Below, in pieces: positions 10,531-19,836 of a DNA stretch of 64,000 nt (within the stretch, counting starts at the first letter, position 1; each line of letters starts with the position of its first letter). Source of the DNA: an uncultured delta proteobacterium (GTDB taxonomy: Bacteria > Desulfobacterota > Binatia > UBA9968); the NCBI GenBank assembly GCA_963840855.1, contig CAWJBB010000079.1:1-64000 (forward strand), in the 5' to 3' direction. The notes beneath the pieces are model-generated. The model was not told where the DNA came from. It saw nothing but the letters and a program-made list of their open reading frames with translations, and ran no database searches. Position numbers and translations under genes: made by a program.

Positions 10531-10643
10531 GGCTCCTGCTCGACACGCACTTGCTTCTTTGGGTGGCGGCGAGCAGCAAGCGATTGCCACGTGAAGCGCG
10601 CGAGCTCATAGCACAGCGACGTAGTGAAGATCCCAGAGCTTGA
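10527..10643 (+). pseudogene. Truncated VapC/PIN toxin
   Basis: GTGA overlap with the antitoxin stop; reads MRLLLDTHLLLWVAASSKRLPREARELI, then runs into the opposite gene and stops after 38 aa. Confidence 0.85.
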
Positions 10644-11529
10644 CCGGATTGCCCTTTTCTTCCAGTTCCGGATAGACGAGCTCGGCGATGCGGTAGGCGT
10701 TGTAAAGGGAGTTCATCTTAGGACAGAGCCGGGGCTCGAGGCTGGCGCGCAGTTTCTGATAAAAACTCTCCAGTTCGATGTCATCGCGTATGCCGAGCCG
10801 GTCCGCGACATTTCCGGCGAGCAGCTCAAGCGTTTTTTCCTTATCTCTATTAACCATCGCGATTCCCGTTGCAATGGCCTTGATCATGCGGATGTAGAGC
10901 TCCGGATTGTCCTGGACCAACGGGACCAAACTAGTGAGCGTGATCGAGTTGACCATGGGATAGCGCGGCAACAAGCGGGTGTGGAGCCCGAGGCGTTGGC
11001 AGGCTCGCTCTTGCGAGCCTGGGGCGAATGTCACGTCCGCCTTGCCATCGAGGAGGAGCTGCGTTTTGTTCCCGCCATCCACGGCCTTGACCTCGAGCAT
11101 GTCTGAGGACAGTCCGGCGTCCCGCAAATAAAGCTCGTAAGTGCCGCGCACGTGGCTTGTGAGATGACCTTCCTCGTCGCAAAGTTCCTGTTCGGCCAGC
11201 ACCCGCTCCTTCAAATCGTTGACGCCATCCAGCGGCTTTGTGCTGACGAGCATGTCCTGCGCCGTGTTAACCGTCTGCGCCATGCAGACCATTGGAACGC
11301 CGTGCGCGACGCGCCAATGGGGCGTGATGTGGCAACCGAAAATCATGTTGCACCGGCCGTCAAGAAGTTGATCTTCGGCGGGGAGCGCCCGCCGCTCCAA
11401 ATCCAGGCGAGTCACCTCGAGTCCCAGCCGGTCCCAGATGCCGCCGTATTTCATTATAGAGATCATGGCGAGCTGCGAGTGGTTGGAACGATAGATCACT
11501 TTTGCTTCTAAAGTCTTGGGTTGGCTCAT
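10606..11529 (-). CDS. NMT1/SsuA-fold substrate-binding-like protein, no signal peptide, C-terminus probably clipped
   Basis: GIWDRLGLEV, LLDGKADVTF and NPELY.RMIKA motifs; ends ...NPVKLWDLHY at the junction with the vapC remnant. Confidence 0.7.
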   Translation of the reverse strand: MSQPKTLEAKVIYRSNHSQLAMISIMKYGGIWDRLGLEVTRLDLERRALPAEDQLLDGRCNMIFGCHITPHWRVAHGVPMVCMAQTVNTAQDMLVSTKPLDGVNDLKERVLAEQELCDEEGHLTSHVRGTYELYLRDAGLSSDMLEVKAVDGGNKTQLLLDGKADVTFAPGSQERACQRLGLHTRLLPRYPMVNSITLTSLVPLVQDNPELYIRMIKAIATGIAMVNRDKEKTLELLAGNVADRLGIRDDIELESFYQKLRASLEPRLCPKMNSLYNAYRIAELVYPELEEKGNPVKLWDLHYVAVL

Positions 11530-11800
11530 GAGCTGTATCTCCTTTGCAAGTCGATGATATGTGTTCGAGCTGCGTCAATACGAAGCGCACTAAAGATCAT
11601 CGCGACTTTTCAATCCCTCAAGTCGTCACGTATTTTAAAGGAAACCTGAACCGCCAACGGCGTCCTGCGGTGAATCTATATCAATTTGAAACGTTAATGA
11701 AAGGGATCACAGCAGCTAGATAATTCACCTCGAAGGTCCAATTCTGAATCCTTCGTTTTCTTCGCATGCTTCGTCGTGCAATCGTATTTTCTTGTCAGAC

Positions 11801-11915
11801 CAAGCATCGGGGTCAAATCACCTATGACAGAACCGATACTTCGATCTCGATTAATCTTTTCTTCAGAGCCTTATCGGATTCGATCCGGTCACGCAGCCGC
11901 TTTCTCTCCCGAGCG
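11801..11915 (-). mobile_element. Putative 3' remnant of a Y1/RAYT-type transposase with TTTGACCCC end motif
   Basis: Reads RKRLRDRIESDKALKKRLIEIEVSVLS; clearly homologous at DNA level to 32028-32090; the transposase assignment is from recalled similarity only. Confidence 0.5.
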
Positions 11916-11922
11916 TGCCTGC

Positions 11923-13215
11923 TCAGACACGTGCCGGCGCTTCGCCCGTTCCTGCTCCCGCGCTCTCGCGAACCTCGAATCTCCGGACAGATGCAACGGT
12001 CGCAAGCCCGCCGGCGATCAACGTGACGAGCAATCCTCCCACGGCAGTCGCGCCAACAGCGCCGATCGCCGAGGCCAGGGCACCTGCTCCGAACTGTCCG
12101 AGTTGTGGACCCGTATTTGTAAACATGTTGTTCACGCTCGTGACCCGGCCACGAATCTCGTCGGGCGTTAACAGCTGATTGATTGTGTTGCGTAGAACGA
12201 AGCTTACCATGTTGGCCGCCCCTGCGGCCGCGAGCATCAGGAACGAGAACCAGAAGAAGTGCGAGACGCCGAAGAGAATCATGAAGGCCCCATACATAGC
12301 CACGCTCATGAGAACCCACGCTCCTGCTCGCCGCACGTGTGTCCGGACGCTCATCACTGTTGCCATACCGAGGGCTCCTGCCGAGGTCGCTGAGTAGAGG
12401 AGCCCAAGTCCCTGAGGTCCGACGCCGAGAATGTCGCGTGCATAGATCGGTAGCAGAGCTCGACCGCTTCCGAAGAAGTTCTGGCTGAAATCCAGCGCCA
12501 TCATTGACAATATAACCGGGTGCGTCCACACGAACTCCACCCCCTCGCGCAGAGCCCGCATGGAGACAGCGCCGCGCCCGCGGGCGACTTGGGCGAGGGG
12601 CCGCATGATGGCAAGCGCGGCGAGCATCGCGAGCCATGACACAGCGTCCACCGCGTAGCAAAGTGTGGGTCCGCTGTGAGCGAGCAGGAGTCCTGCCAGA
12701 GAGGGGCCGAGAACAGTTGCCACATGGCGTTGCGTGCCACTCAGGGCAAGCGCACTGGTCAGATCTCCGCGCGGGACAAGGTTCGGGATAATTGCTGTCC
12801 GCGCTGGCTGCTCCAGCGAGCTGAATAGCGCGAGAAACAGGCTGGCGGCATACAGGATCGGTGGCGAGACCCACCCCACAAGGGTCATTATGGCGAGACT
12901 GGCCGACACACACATTTGGCCAATCTGCGTCGCCATCATGAGATGACGCCGGTTCACCGCGTCGGCTAGGAGTCCTCCAAAAAGGAGCAATACCAGCATC
13001 GGGGCGCCGCGGGCCAACCCCAGGAGGCCGAGTTGAAGCGGTGAGTTGGTCAGCTCGTAGATCTGCCAGGCCATCGCCACCGTGGTGAACTGAGTTCCCA
13101 CCAGTGATACGACTGATCCGCTCCAGTAAATGGCGAAATCGCGGTGACGCAGCGCGGCGACTGGTGTCCGTCCTGCACGCTCATCCCCTGGTACATCCCT
13201 CGGTTTTCGCGCCAT
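11923..13215 (-). CDS. MFS transporter (MFS_3/EntS-like)
   Basis: ALRHRDF, WQIYELTNSPLQLGL.GL, GGLLADAVNRR and Q..TPDEIRGRV motifs. Confidence 0.9.
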   Translation of the reverse strand: MARKPRDVPGDERAGRTPVAALRHRDFAIYWSGSVVSLVGTQFTTVAMAWQIYELTNSPLQLGLLGLARGAPMLVLLLFGGLLADAVNRRHLMMATQIGQMCVSASLAIMTLVGWVSPPILYAASLFLALFSSLEQPARTAIIPNLVPRGDLTSALALSGTQRHVATVLGPSLAGLLLAHSGPTLCYAVDAVSWLAMLAALAIMRPLAQVARGRGAVSMRALREGVEFVWTHPVILSMMALDFSQNFFGSGRALLPIYARDILGVGPQGLGLLYSATSAGALGMATVMSVRTHVRRAGAWVLMSVAMYGAFMILFGVSHFFWFSFLMLAAAGAANMVSFVLRNTINQLLTPDEIRGRVTSVNNMFTNTGPQLGQFGAGALASAIGAVGATAVGGLLVTLIAGGLATVASVRRFEVRESAGAGTGEAPARV

Positions 13216-13344
13216 TGCGTCCCTATATCCGAATTCAGCTTGATGAAGCAATACGAAAGCCCGACTCACCGGCGCACTTGGCGCAGCGATGTTCCGTTTT
13301 GAGCTACTGGAACGTTTGGAATGGCCTCAGTATATTAAATTGGT

Positions 13345-14436
13345 ATGCGCATCATCGTGCACGTCGATATGGACGCGTTCTATGCAGCGGTGGAGGAGCG
13401 CCTCAATCCTGCTCTACGAGACCTTCCGGTGGCGGTGGGCGCCGACCCGAAAGAAGGCAAAGGCAGAGGCGTCGTCACGACGGCCAATTATATGGCCCGG
13501 AAGTACGGCATCCGCTCGGCCTTGCCGATCTCGCGAGCGTGGCGATTTGCCGAGGCTGCGCGCAAACGCGGCGAACCGGCAACAGTTTTCATCCAGCCGA
13601 ACATGGCTTTGTACCGAGAAGTCTCGAGCCGTATCATGCAAATCATGCAGCGCTATGCCGATACTTTCGAGGATGCGAGTATAGACGAAGCGTACCTCGA
13701 CCTCTCGTCGAGAGAAAATTTCGCGGCTGCTACAGAACACATGAGCCTGCTCAAAGCAGAGATCCGTGACCAGGAGGGACTCGGCTGCTCCGTCGGTATC
13801 GCCCCGAACAAGCTCATCGCCAAGATCGCGTCGGGTCATCAAAAGCCGGATGGTTTGACTGTTATCGAGCCCGAGATGGTCGAAAGCTTCCTCAACTCCC
13901 TGCCAATTCGAGTCATTCCGGGGATCGGCCCCAAAAGCGAAAGTTTTCTTCACGAACAAAATCTGCGCACGGTTGATGACTTGCGCCAGGTTCCGCAGCC
14001 GACGCTCGTGGAATGGTTCGGCAAGTGGGGCGAGCGGCTGTTTGAGCTAGCGCGCGGCATCGATGAATCTGAAGTTTCCAACGAATGGACGCGAAAGTCG
14101 CTCGGCGAACAGGAAACATTCGAAGAGGATACGAGTAATCAGTCGATCGTCACCGGGCGCCTCGATCTGATGGCGGAACGAATAATCGCGAAGCTGCGAG
14201 GAAAAGAGTTCAAGGGTTTTCGTACCGTGACGGTCACCGTTCGCTTCGGTGACTTTCAAACCAGCAACCGCTCCCGCACTCTCAAGGATGGCATTCGCGT
14301 CGACGACGAGAACCATGTGCTGCGCCGTTTCAAAGAAGAAGCGTTATCGCTCATTCTTCCTTTCTTCGATGCCCGCGAGAATCCCCGCGGAAAACCATTT
14401 CGTCTGATCGGGCTGCGAGTTGAGAAGCTGTTCTGA
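13345..14436 (+). CDS. dinB: DNA polymerase IV (Y-family)
   Basis: HVDMDAFYAAVE, ANY.ARKYGIRSA, SIDEAYLD, NKLIAKIAS..KPDG and IPGIG motifs. Confidence 0.95.
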   Translation: MRIIVHVDMDAFYAAVEERLNPALRDLPVAVGADPKEGKGRGVVTTANYMARKYGIRSALPISRAWRFAEAARKRGEPATVFIQPNMALYREVSSRIMQIMQRYADTFEDASIDEAYLDLSSRENFAAATEHMSLLKAEIRDQEGLGCSVGIAPNKLIAKIASGHQKPDGLTVIEPEMVESFLNSLPIRVIPGIGPKSESFLHEQNLRTVDDLRQVPQPTLVEWFGKWGERLFELARGIDESEVSNEWTRKSLGEQETFEEDTSNQSIVTGRLDLMAERIIAKLRGKEFKGFRTVTVTVRFGDFQTSNRSRTLKDGIRVDDENHVLRRFKEEALSLILPFFDARENPRGKPFRLIGLRVEKLF

Positions 14437-14444
14437 AACTTGAA

Positions 14445-14526
14445 AGGATAAAATTCCGATCGACACCCTGGAAAATCAGTGGGAACGCAGTCCAAACTCT
14501 TTATCCTTCATCCCTTATCCTTTATG
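14445..14526. repeat. AAGGAT(A/G)A-type ~7-bp tandem motif, inverted pair
   Basis: aaggataaa ... tttatccttcatcccttatccttt; same family at about 42604-42633 and 61352-61382. Confidence 0.55.
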
Positions 14527-14534
14527 CTTTAGCT

Positions 14535-15311
14535 ATGGCTCTTCTGAAGATCGCCACCTGGAACGTTAATGGGATACGCGCGCGCGAGGCCCAGGTCTGC
14601 GAATGGGTCGAGCGCGAGCGGCCTGACGTCATCTGCCTCCAGGAGCTCAAATCGACCGTGGCGCAGGTGCCGGCAGCGCTTTGCGAGCTACAGGGATATC
14701 GCTGTTATTGGCACGGCGCGCGCGCCTACTCGGGCGTCGGCCTGCACATCCGACGCGATGCCTTCGCTGAGGAGCCGTTCTTCCGCCATCCCGCGTTTGA
14801 TTTTGAAACTCGCATCGTGAGTGCGCATATCGGAAATCTGATCTTTGTTTCCGTCTATGTGCCCAACGGGGGCAAGGATTTCCCGGCGAAAATGGAATTT
14901 CTCCGGCAGATGGAGACATTCGTCGGCGAAGCCCACGCCGGTGGCCTGCAGGTCGTGATCTGCGGTGACATCAACATCGCACGCAGCGAGCGCGACGTTC
15001 ATCCGAAGGAGCGCAACCCCGCCCTCGTCGGGCAGCGACCGGAAGAAAGAGAAATCTTCGAGCGAATCCTCGCGCGCGGACTCGTTGATGTCGGCCGCGC
15101 GCTCGATCCAGACAACGACAATCTCTTCACCTGGTGGGCGCCCTGGCGCAAGTTACGGGAACGCAACATCGGTTGGCGACTCGATTACGTCCTGGCGAGC
15201 GAATCGCTGGCGTCCAAGGCCGTCCAATGCGCTGCGTATCGCGAGGTCGGGACCAGCGATCACGCGCCGGTGATCGCGCTGTTCGATCTCGGCGCGGAGG
15301 CAACCAAATAG
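14535..15311 (+). CDS. xth: Exodeoxyribonuclease III / AP endonuclease
   Basis: ATWNVNGIRAR, CLQELK, YSGV, YVPNG, GDINIA, GWRLDY and SDHAPV motifs. Confidence 0.95.
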   Translation: MALLKIATWNVNGIRAREAQVCEWVERERPDVICLQELKSTVAQVPAALCELQGYRCYWHGARAYSGVGLHIRRDAFAEEPFFRHPAFDFETRIVSAHIGNLIFVSVYVPNGGKDFPAKMEFLRQMETFVGEAHAGGLQVVICGDINIARSERDVHPKERNPALVGQRPEEREIFERILARGLVDVGRALDPDNDNLFTWWAPWRKLRERNIGWRLDYVLASESLASKAVQCAAYREVGTSDHAPVIALFDLGAEATK

Positions 15312-15392
15312 AACAAAAGCGGGAGCCTTCGCCTCCGCACGGCAACTGTCCCCGGAATTGTTCTCAAGTGGCCCGCCAATAACGCGCTACGG

Positions 15393-15414
15393 CAAGCATC
15401 GGGGTCAAATCACC
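15393..15414 (+). repeat. 22-bp direct repeat identical to 11801-11822
   Basis: CAAGCATCGGGGTCAAATCACC at both positions. Confidence 0.85.
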
Positions 15415-15519
15415 GTTAATTGCCGGCCGCACCGCGCACAGTCCTCATCATGATCGAATAGCGAAGCTCCTTCACCGGCGGAATTGAATGCTGCCAGATC
15501 TCTCGCGAAGCGCCGCTCA

Positions 15520-15610
15520 TTAGCGAAGCGGTTGAACGACTGAAACGATTGGAACCGAGTTCTCCTATGAAAGAGCGCAGCGATTGAACGGCTTGAACGA
15601 TTTGAACGAG
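15520..15610 (+). repeat. TTGAAC-family ~9-bp-period repeat tract
   Basis: gagcgcagcgattgaacggcttgaacgatttgaacg; related tracts elsewhere in the window. Confidence 0.75.
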
Positions 15611-15806
15611 TTTTTGCGATCTTATACCGCTGATTCAATCCGTTTCACTAGGCACGACCGCACTCAACGCAACTACCAGCACCGAGTCCTCACCACCGAA
15701 CTAAGAGCAGCAGCTATGTGGATGACGGCAGCCCCGTTTCATACACTTATCAGGTAGAATTGTCTGGAGCTCTCGCGTTCCGCTCTCGTGTTCATTGCTG
15801 ATTGCA

Positions 15807-16226
15807 TTAGCCATTGTCCAGTAGATAACTGCGCCGATCGATCTTTACGATACCGTTGGTAAAGCTGATCGAAATGCTGATGTCTCCTTCCCCCCGGAGC
15901 CACGGCACGACCTTCATCGTTCGAAGACCGGCTTTGGTATTGGGCTCCTCGAAAGCAATCGCTTCGGCCTCCGCCCTGCTTTCAGCGCGCAAGATGAACA
16001 TTCCGTAACCGAGATCAGACGTTTCATTCTCCCTATCGTTCTTGAGCAAGCCCGCACCAAACAAACGTCCCTCGCTTTCAAGTCTGGCCATGTACTCCTT
16101 GTGCGGACGGCGCACGTCGGCACGGGATGGGGCGTTCGCCGGAGGAGGCTCAACGAGCGTCGTGAAACAAAGATAACATTGCTCATGCTTTAACGGATGC
16201 ATGACGTCTTGCTTTAGCTCGGACAT
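15807..16226 (-). CDS. YciI-like protein
   Basis: RRPHKEYM..LESEGRLFGAG, GMFILRAES.AEAEAIA..EP...G.R....VPW pattern. Confidence 0.8.
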   Translation of the reverse strand: MSELKQDVMHPLKHEQCYLCFTTLVEPPPANAPSRADVRRPHKEYMARLESEGRLFGAGLLKNDRENETSDLGYGMFILRAESRAEAEAIAFEEPNTKAGLRTMKVVPWLRGEGDISISISFTNGIVKIDRRSYLLDNG

Positions 16227-16432
16227 GGTATTTTTCCTCCTCAAATTCTGCTTCTTGTGAGAGTACTCTAATCAAAAAGACAAAAGATAGTGCTCATCGG
16301 CTGAATAGCGGAAGATGGTAGCAGCCATGCTTGCGGGCCGGGTCAGTGATGAGCCCAAGGTCGCAATTTGTGGCCGGTTCGCGGAAGAACATTCGCGCAC
16401 TTCCTCAGAGCTCCTAGGCTCTGCAAGCTCGG

Positions 16433-17320
16433 CTAATTGAGCTTTACCTGGAGCAGTTCCAAAAAGGGTTTCACCGGACCCGAGAGACTCTTGTTCTTGT
16501 GCATGATGACGCGAAACTCTCGCGCGATCCGATGACCCGGGACTTCGTGGCAGCGCAATACGCCCGTTTTTACCTCCGTCTCGATACTGCAGCGCGGGAC
16601 AAACGAGCATCCGAGCCCCTCCGCTACGGCTCTCTTGAGTCCTTCCGTCGTTTCGATTTCCATCATGCACTGGCAAGGCACCCGCGCCGCCCGGAAGGTT
16701 TCCTCAATGAGCGTTCGCGTCAGTGATCCTTTCTCTCTCAGAATCAAGGGCGCCTTGGCGATTTGCTTCAGCGATACCGTACGGAGCTTCGCCAGCGGAT
16801 GAGCTAGCGGAGTAATGAAGACAAACTCGTCGGTCAGAAGGTGAAAAATTTTCAAGTTAGCCGGAGTGGCCAGTGTGCCGGTGACGATGCCGACATCCAG
16901 CTCATCGGCCAATATTCTTCTTTCCGTCTCCATGGTGCGTCCGACCAGCAATCGGATGTCGATATTCGGAAACGCTTTCTTGAACCGGACTAGCACGCCC
17001 GGTAACAGGTGAACCGCGATGGTGGTTGCAGCCCCGCAACGCAGCTGCCCCTTCCGCACCCCCTTCAATTCCTCGATGGTCTCAGTCATTTCACGGAGCA
17101 CAATCATGAGCCGCGTCGCGTATTCCGCGACGATTCTCCCGGCCTCCGTCAGCTGGTTGCGTCGGCCCAAGCGAATAAAAAGCTTTACGCCGAGCTGTTT
17201 TTCGAGCTCTTTGACTCGCAGCGAGACCGCCGGCTGGCTGACGTGGAGAGACTCGCAGGCGGGTTCGAAACCGCCATGCTTTACGACCGCATGAAATGCT
17301 TCCAGCTGCTCTAACATCAT
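16433..17320 (-). CDS. LysR-family transcriptional regulator
   Basis: LHVSQPAVS..VKELE..LGVKLF HTH; LILREKGSLTR and KRAVAEGLG; divergent from the 17462 gene cluster. Confidence 0.93.
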   Translation of the reverse strand: MMLEQLEAFHAVVKHGGFEPACESLHVSQPAVSLRVKELEKQLGVKLFIRLGRRNQLTEAGRIVAEYATRLMIVLREMTETIEELKGVRKGQLRCGAATTIAVHLLPGVLVRFKKAFPNIDIRLLVGRTMETERRILADELDVGIVTGTLATPANLKIFHLLTDEFVFITPLAHPLAKLRTVSLKQIAKAPLILREKGSLTRTLIEETFRAARVPCQCMMEIETTEGLKRAVAEGLGCSFVPRCSIETEVKTGVLRCHEVPGHRIAREFRVIMHKNKSLSGPVKPFLELLQVKLN

Positions 17321-17461
17321 AAGTTTTCCAAATGAATATGATTGGAATTATTTATTTGACTTAATACAACCACCCTGCACAAATCAAACGGGGAAGACCG
17401 AGCCAAGGTCGATTCGTTCAGCCTGTACCGTTTAGTCCGGCTAACCTGGACGGGGGACGCC

Positions 17462-18583
17462 ATGAAAAAGATGGTCTTTTGCTTGACCGTGCTGGTTATA
17501 GTGTCTTCGCTCGGCATGATGAGCGCCTTTGGCGCCGCCGGCCCGAGCCAATCGACAAGCGTAAAACAGACGGCTGATAGCAAAGGTTATCTCTTTCTCG
17601 CGAGTCACGATGAGATTGTCGCGCAGGCCAAGAAAGAGGGGAAGCTGCACGTTCTGACGTCCATCGATCGCGACGTTCTCAAGGCCTCCGCCGACGCCTT
17701 CAAGAAAAAATACCCGTTCATAAACATCCGCTATGAAGAGGTGGGCGGCACCGAAACCTACCAGCGCATGCTTCAGGAGATGAAGACAGGAACGGCAAAG
17801 TGGGACGTCAACTATGTCGCCTTCGACAACTATGAAGACTACCTTCCCTATCAGAAGAAATATGATCTCTTGGGTATGGCACAGCAGGGGGTGCTCAAAA
17901 TCAACCCGGAGTTGGTGGATCCCATCAATCGCCACATCATCGCTCTAGGGGGACATTTTCAGGCGGTGGCGTACAACAAGGAACTCATCCCGGCAGATCG
18001 AGTTCCCGATGCTTGGGAAGGCTTTCTCAAGCCGGAACTCAAAGACAAAAAAATCGCGACGGATGTCAGATCTGTGATGTTTGCCGCGCTCGTCCCGGCC
18101 TGGGGCCTGGAAAAAACGGTGGAGTTCGCCAGGAAATTAGCTGCTCAGAAACCGATCTGGCTCAGGGGCGTGAGCCGCATCATCAATTCTGTCAGGGCCG
18201 GCGAGGTGCCCCTTGGGTTGGGACTCAATGGCAAGAGCATTCTCAGAGAACAGAAAAAAGAAAAAGATCCGAGGGGTGTGTTGGGACTCAAGATCGTGGA
18301 GCCGGTTCCCGTGCGCATGAGCGGCACCGAGGCGGTTTTAGCCAGTGCGGAAAATCCTAACGCTGCGCTGTTATGGCTCGAATTTCAGGGGAGCGCCGAG
18401 GGACAAAAGGTTCTCGATGACGCCGATTTGAACGCATCATTGCTGACTCCCGGGTCCATTCAGGGCGAAATGATTCGCGGCAAGAAAGTTTCCCTCCTCG
18501 GGTGGAAACATTATCGCGACATGGGACGCTACCAGGAAGAAGTCGTCGCCGCTTTCGGGTTCCCCCGAACGGATAAAAAATAA
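17462..18583 (+). CDS. ABC extracellular solute-binding protein
   Basis: Signal peptide; AKKEGKL, AYNKELI...VPDAWE.FL.PELK and PNAALLWLEF motifs; paralog of 36823-37946. Confidence 0.85.
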   Translation: MKKMVFCLTVLVIVSSLGMMSAFGAAGPSQSTSVKQTADSKGYLFLASHDEIVAQAKKEGKLHVLTSIDRDVLKASADAFKKKYPFINIRYEEVGGTETYQRMLQEMKTGTAKWDVNYVAFDNYEDYLPYQKKYDLLGMAQQGVLKINPELVDPINRHIIALGGHFQAVAYNKELIPADRVPDAWEGFLKPELKDKKIATDVRSVMFAALVPAWGLEKTVEFARKLAAQKPIWLRGVSRIINSVRAGEVPLGLGLNGKSILREQKKEKDPRGVLGLKIVEPVPVRMSGTEAVLASAENPNAALLWLEFQGSAEGQKVLDDADLNASLLTPGSIQGEMIRGKKVSLLGWKHYRDMGRYQEEVVAAFGFPRTDKK

Positions 18584-18627
18584 ACGGCCGCTTTCGCTTC
18601 AGGCGGGTTTCGAGAGGAGAAACAAAG

Positions 18628-19770
18628 ATGGCTCGCAACGGTTTCAAAATTTTCGACGCCGACACACACTCGGGCGCTCCCATGGATATTCTCATGCGCT
18701 ATCTCACCCACGCAGAGATCGACAAGCTTGGCGCCTTCGAGCCCTACAAAGTCGTCCACCGCCGCACCGGTCACATCAACTACCACATTGGATCGCGGCA
18801 TTATAAGCGCCGTCTCGGCGCCGCCGGCCCCGATGAAAAACGCGCGGCGCGGATTTACATGGCTCGCAAGGGCGATAATCCTAACCCGCTGCTGGACGAC
18901 GATCCGGCGGAACGCATCAAGGATATGGACCGCGAGGGCGTGGACGTTAATCTGATGCTTCCCGGATCTCTAGGAGCCTTTACGGTCATCGAGGATGTGG
19001 CATTGGAGACGGCGATCTATCGCGCTTATCATCGCTGGATGGCGGATTACTGCGCGGCGTTCCCGCAACGGCTCAAAGGCGTCATCCTGGTGGGCTGCCG
19101 CGATTTGCCGGCGAGCCTTGCCGAGCTTGAACGCTGCGCCAAAGAGAATTGGCCCTTGGCCGTTTTCGTCTTTGCCCCAACCGAGTTTCCTCTCGATCAC
19201 CCGGATCTCGAGTCAGTCTGGGCCGCTTGCCAGCACCATGAGCTAGCTGTGGCGCTGCATACTTTTTCGATCACACCGCCTTACTCACCCGGCGGCCTGG
19301 ACACCTGGCAAAACGAATTTTTGCAGCGCTCTGCCGCGCATCCGTGGTGCGGGCAACGCAACATGGCGGCGCTCATAGGCTCTGGGGTCATGGATCGTTA
19401 TCCCAAGCTGAGACTTGGTGTCTTGGAAGCAGGCCACAGCTGGCTTCCCTTCTGGATGGCCAGAATCGACGAACAAGCGCGCGGCAAGCCTGCCGCCCTT
19501 CCCCAGCTCGGGATGAAGCCCAGCGAATATGTGATGAGCGGCCGTTACTTCCAAAGCATCGAGATTTCCGAAGGCGAGAGACTCACCCAAGTTACCCTCG
19601 ACTTGTTGGGAGAAGATATTCTCATGTACGCCTCGGATTATCCGCACAGCGAGAGTTGGTTCCCCAACTCGGTTGAAACCGTCATGGGATGGAAACTGCC
19701 TGAAGGTGTGAAGCGCAAGTTGTTTTGGGATAACGCGGTGAGGTATTACGCGAGGTATCCGAATGACTGA
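18628..19770 (+). CDS. Amidohydrolase family 2 protein
   Basis: DADTH, DMDREGVD, ALH, LEAG and ASDYPH motifs. Confidence 0.9.
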   Translation: MARNGFKIFDADTHSGAPMDILMRYLTHAEIDKLGAFEPYKVVHRRTGHINYHIGSRHYKRRLGAAGPDEKRAARIYMARKGDNPNPLLDDDPAERIKDMDREGVDVNLMLPGSLGAFTVIEDVALETAIYRAYHRWMADYCAAFPQRLKGVILVGCRDLPASLAELERCAKENWPLAVFVFAPTEFPLDHPDLESVWAACQHHELAVALHTFSITPPYSPGGLDTWQNEFLQRSAAHPWCGQRNMAALIGSGVMDRYPKLRLGVLEAGHSWLPFWMARIDEQARGKPAALPQLGMKPSEYVMSGRYFQSIEISEGERLTQVTLDLLGEDILMYASDYPHSESWFPNSVETVMGWKLPEGVKRKLFWDNAVRYYARYPND

Positions 19771-19836
19771 ACGCACAACCGTTCGAGCTTCGTGACGGCG
19801 CTTGTGAGTAGCCCGGAGTTCAAAGGAGCATCGCCC

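Noticed and set aside
13290-13344. LexA/SOS box upstream of dinB
   Set aside because: No match to CTGT-N8-ACAG, GAAC-N4-GTTC or GTTC-N7-GTTC; the GGAAC/GGAAT units fit the dispersed repeat family.
15650-15795. Second possible UGA read-through downstream of the YciI-like gene (MNTRAERESSRQFYLISV-TGA-NGAAV..)
   Set aside because: No redox motif, no clear SECIS-like hairpin, and another stop follows soon after.
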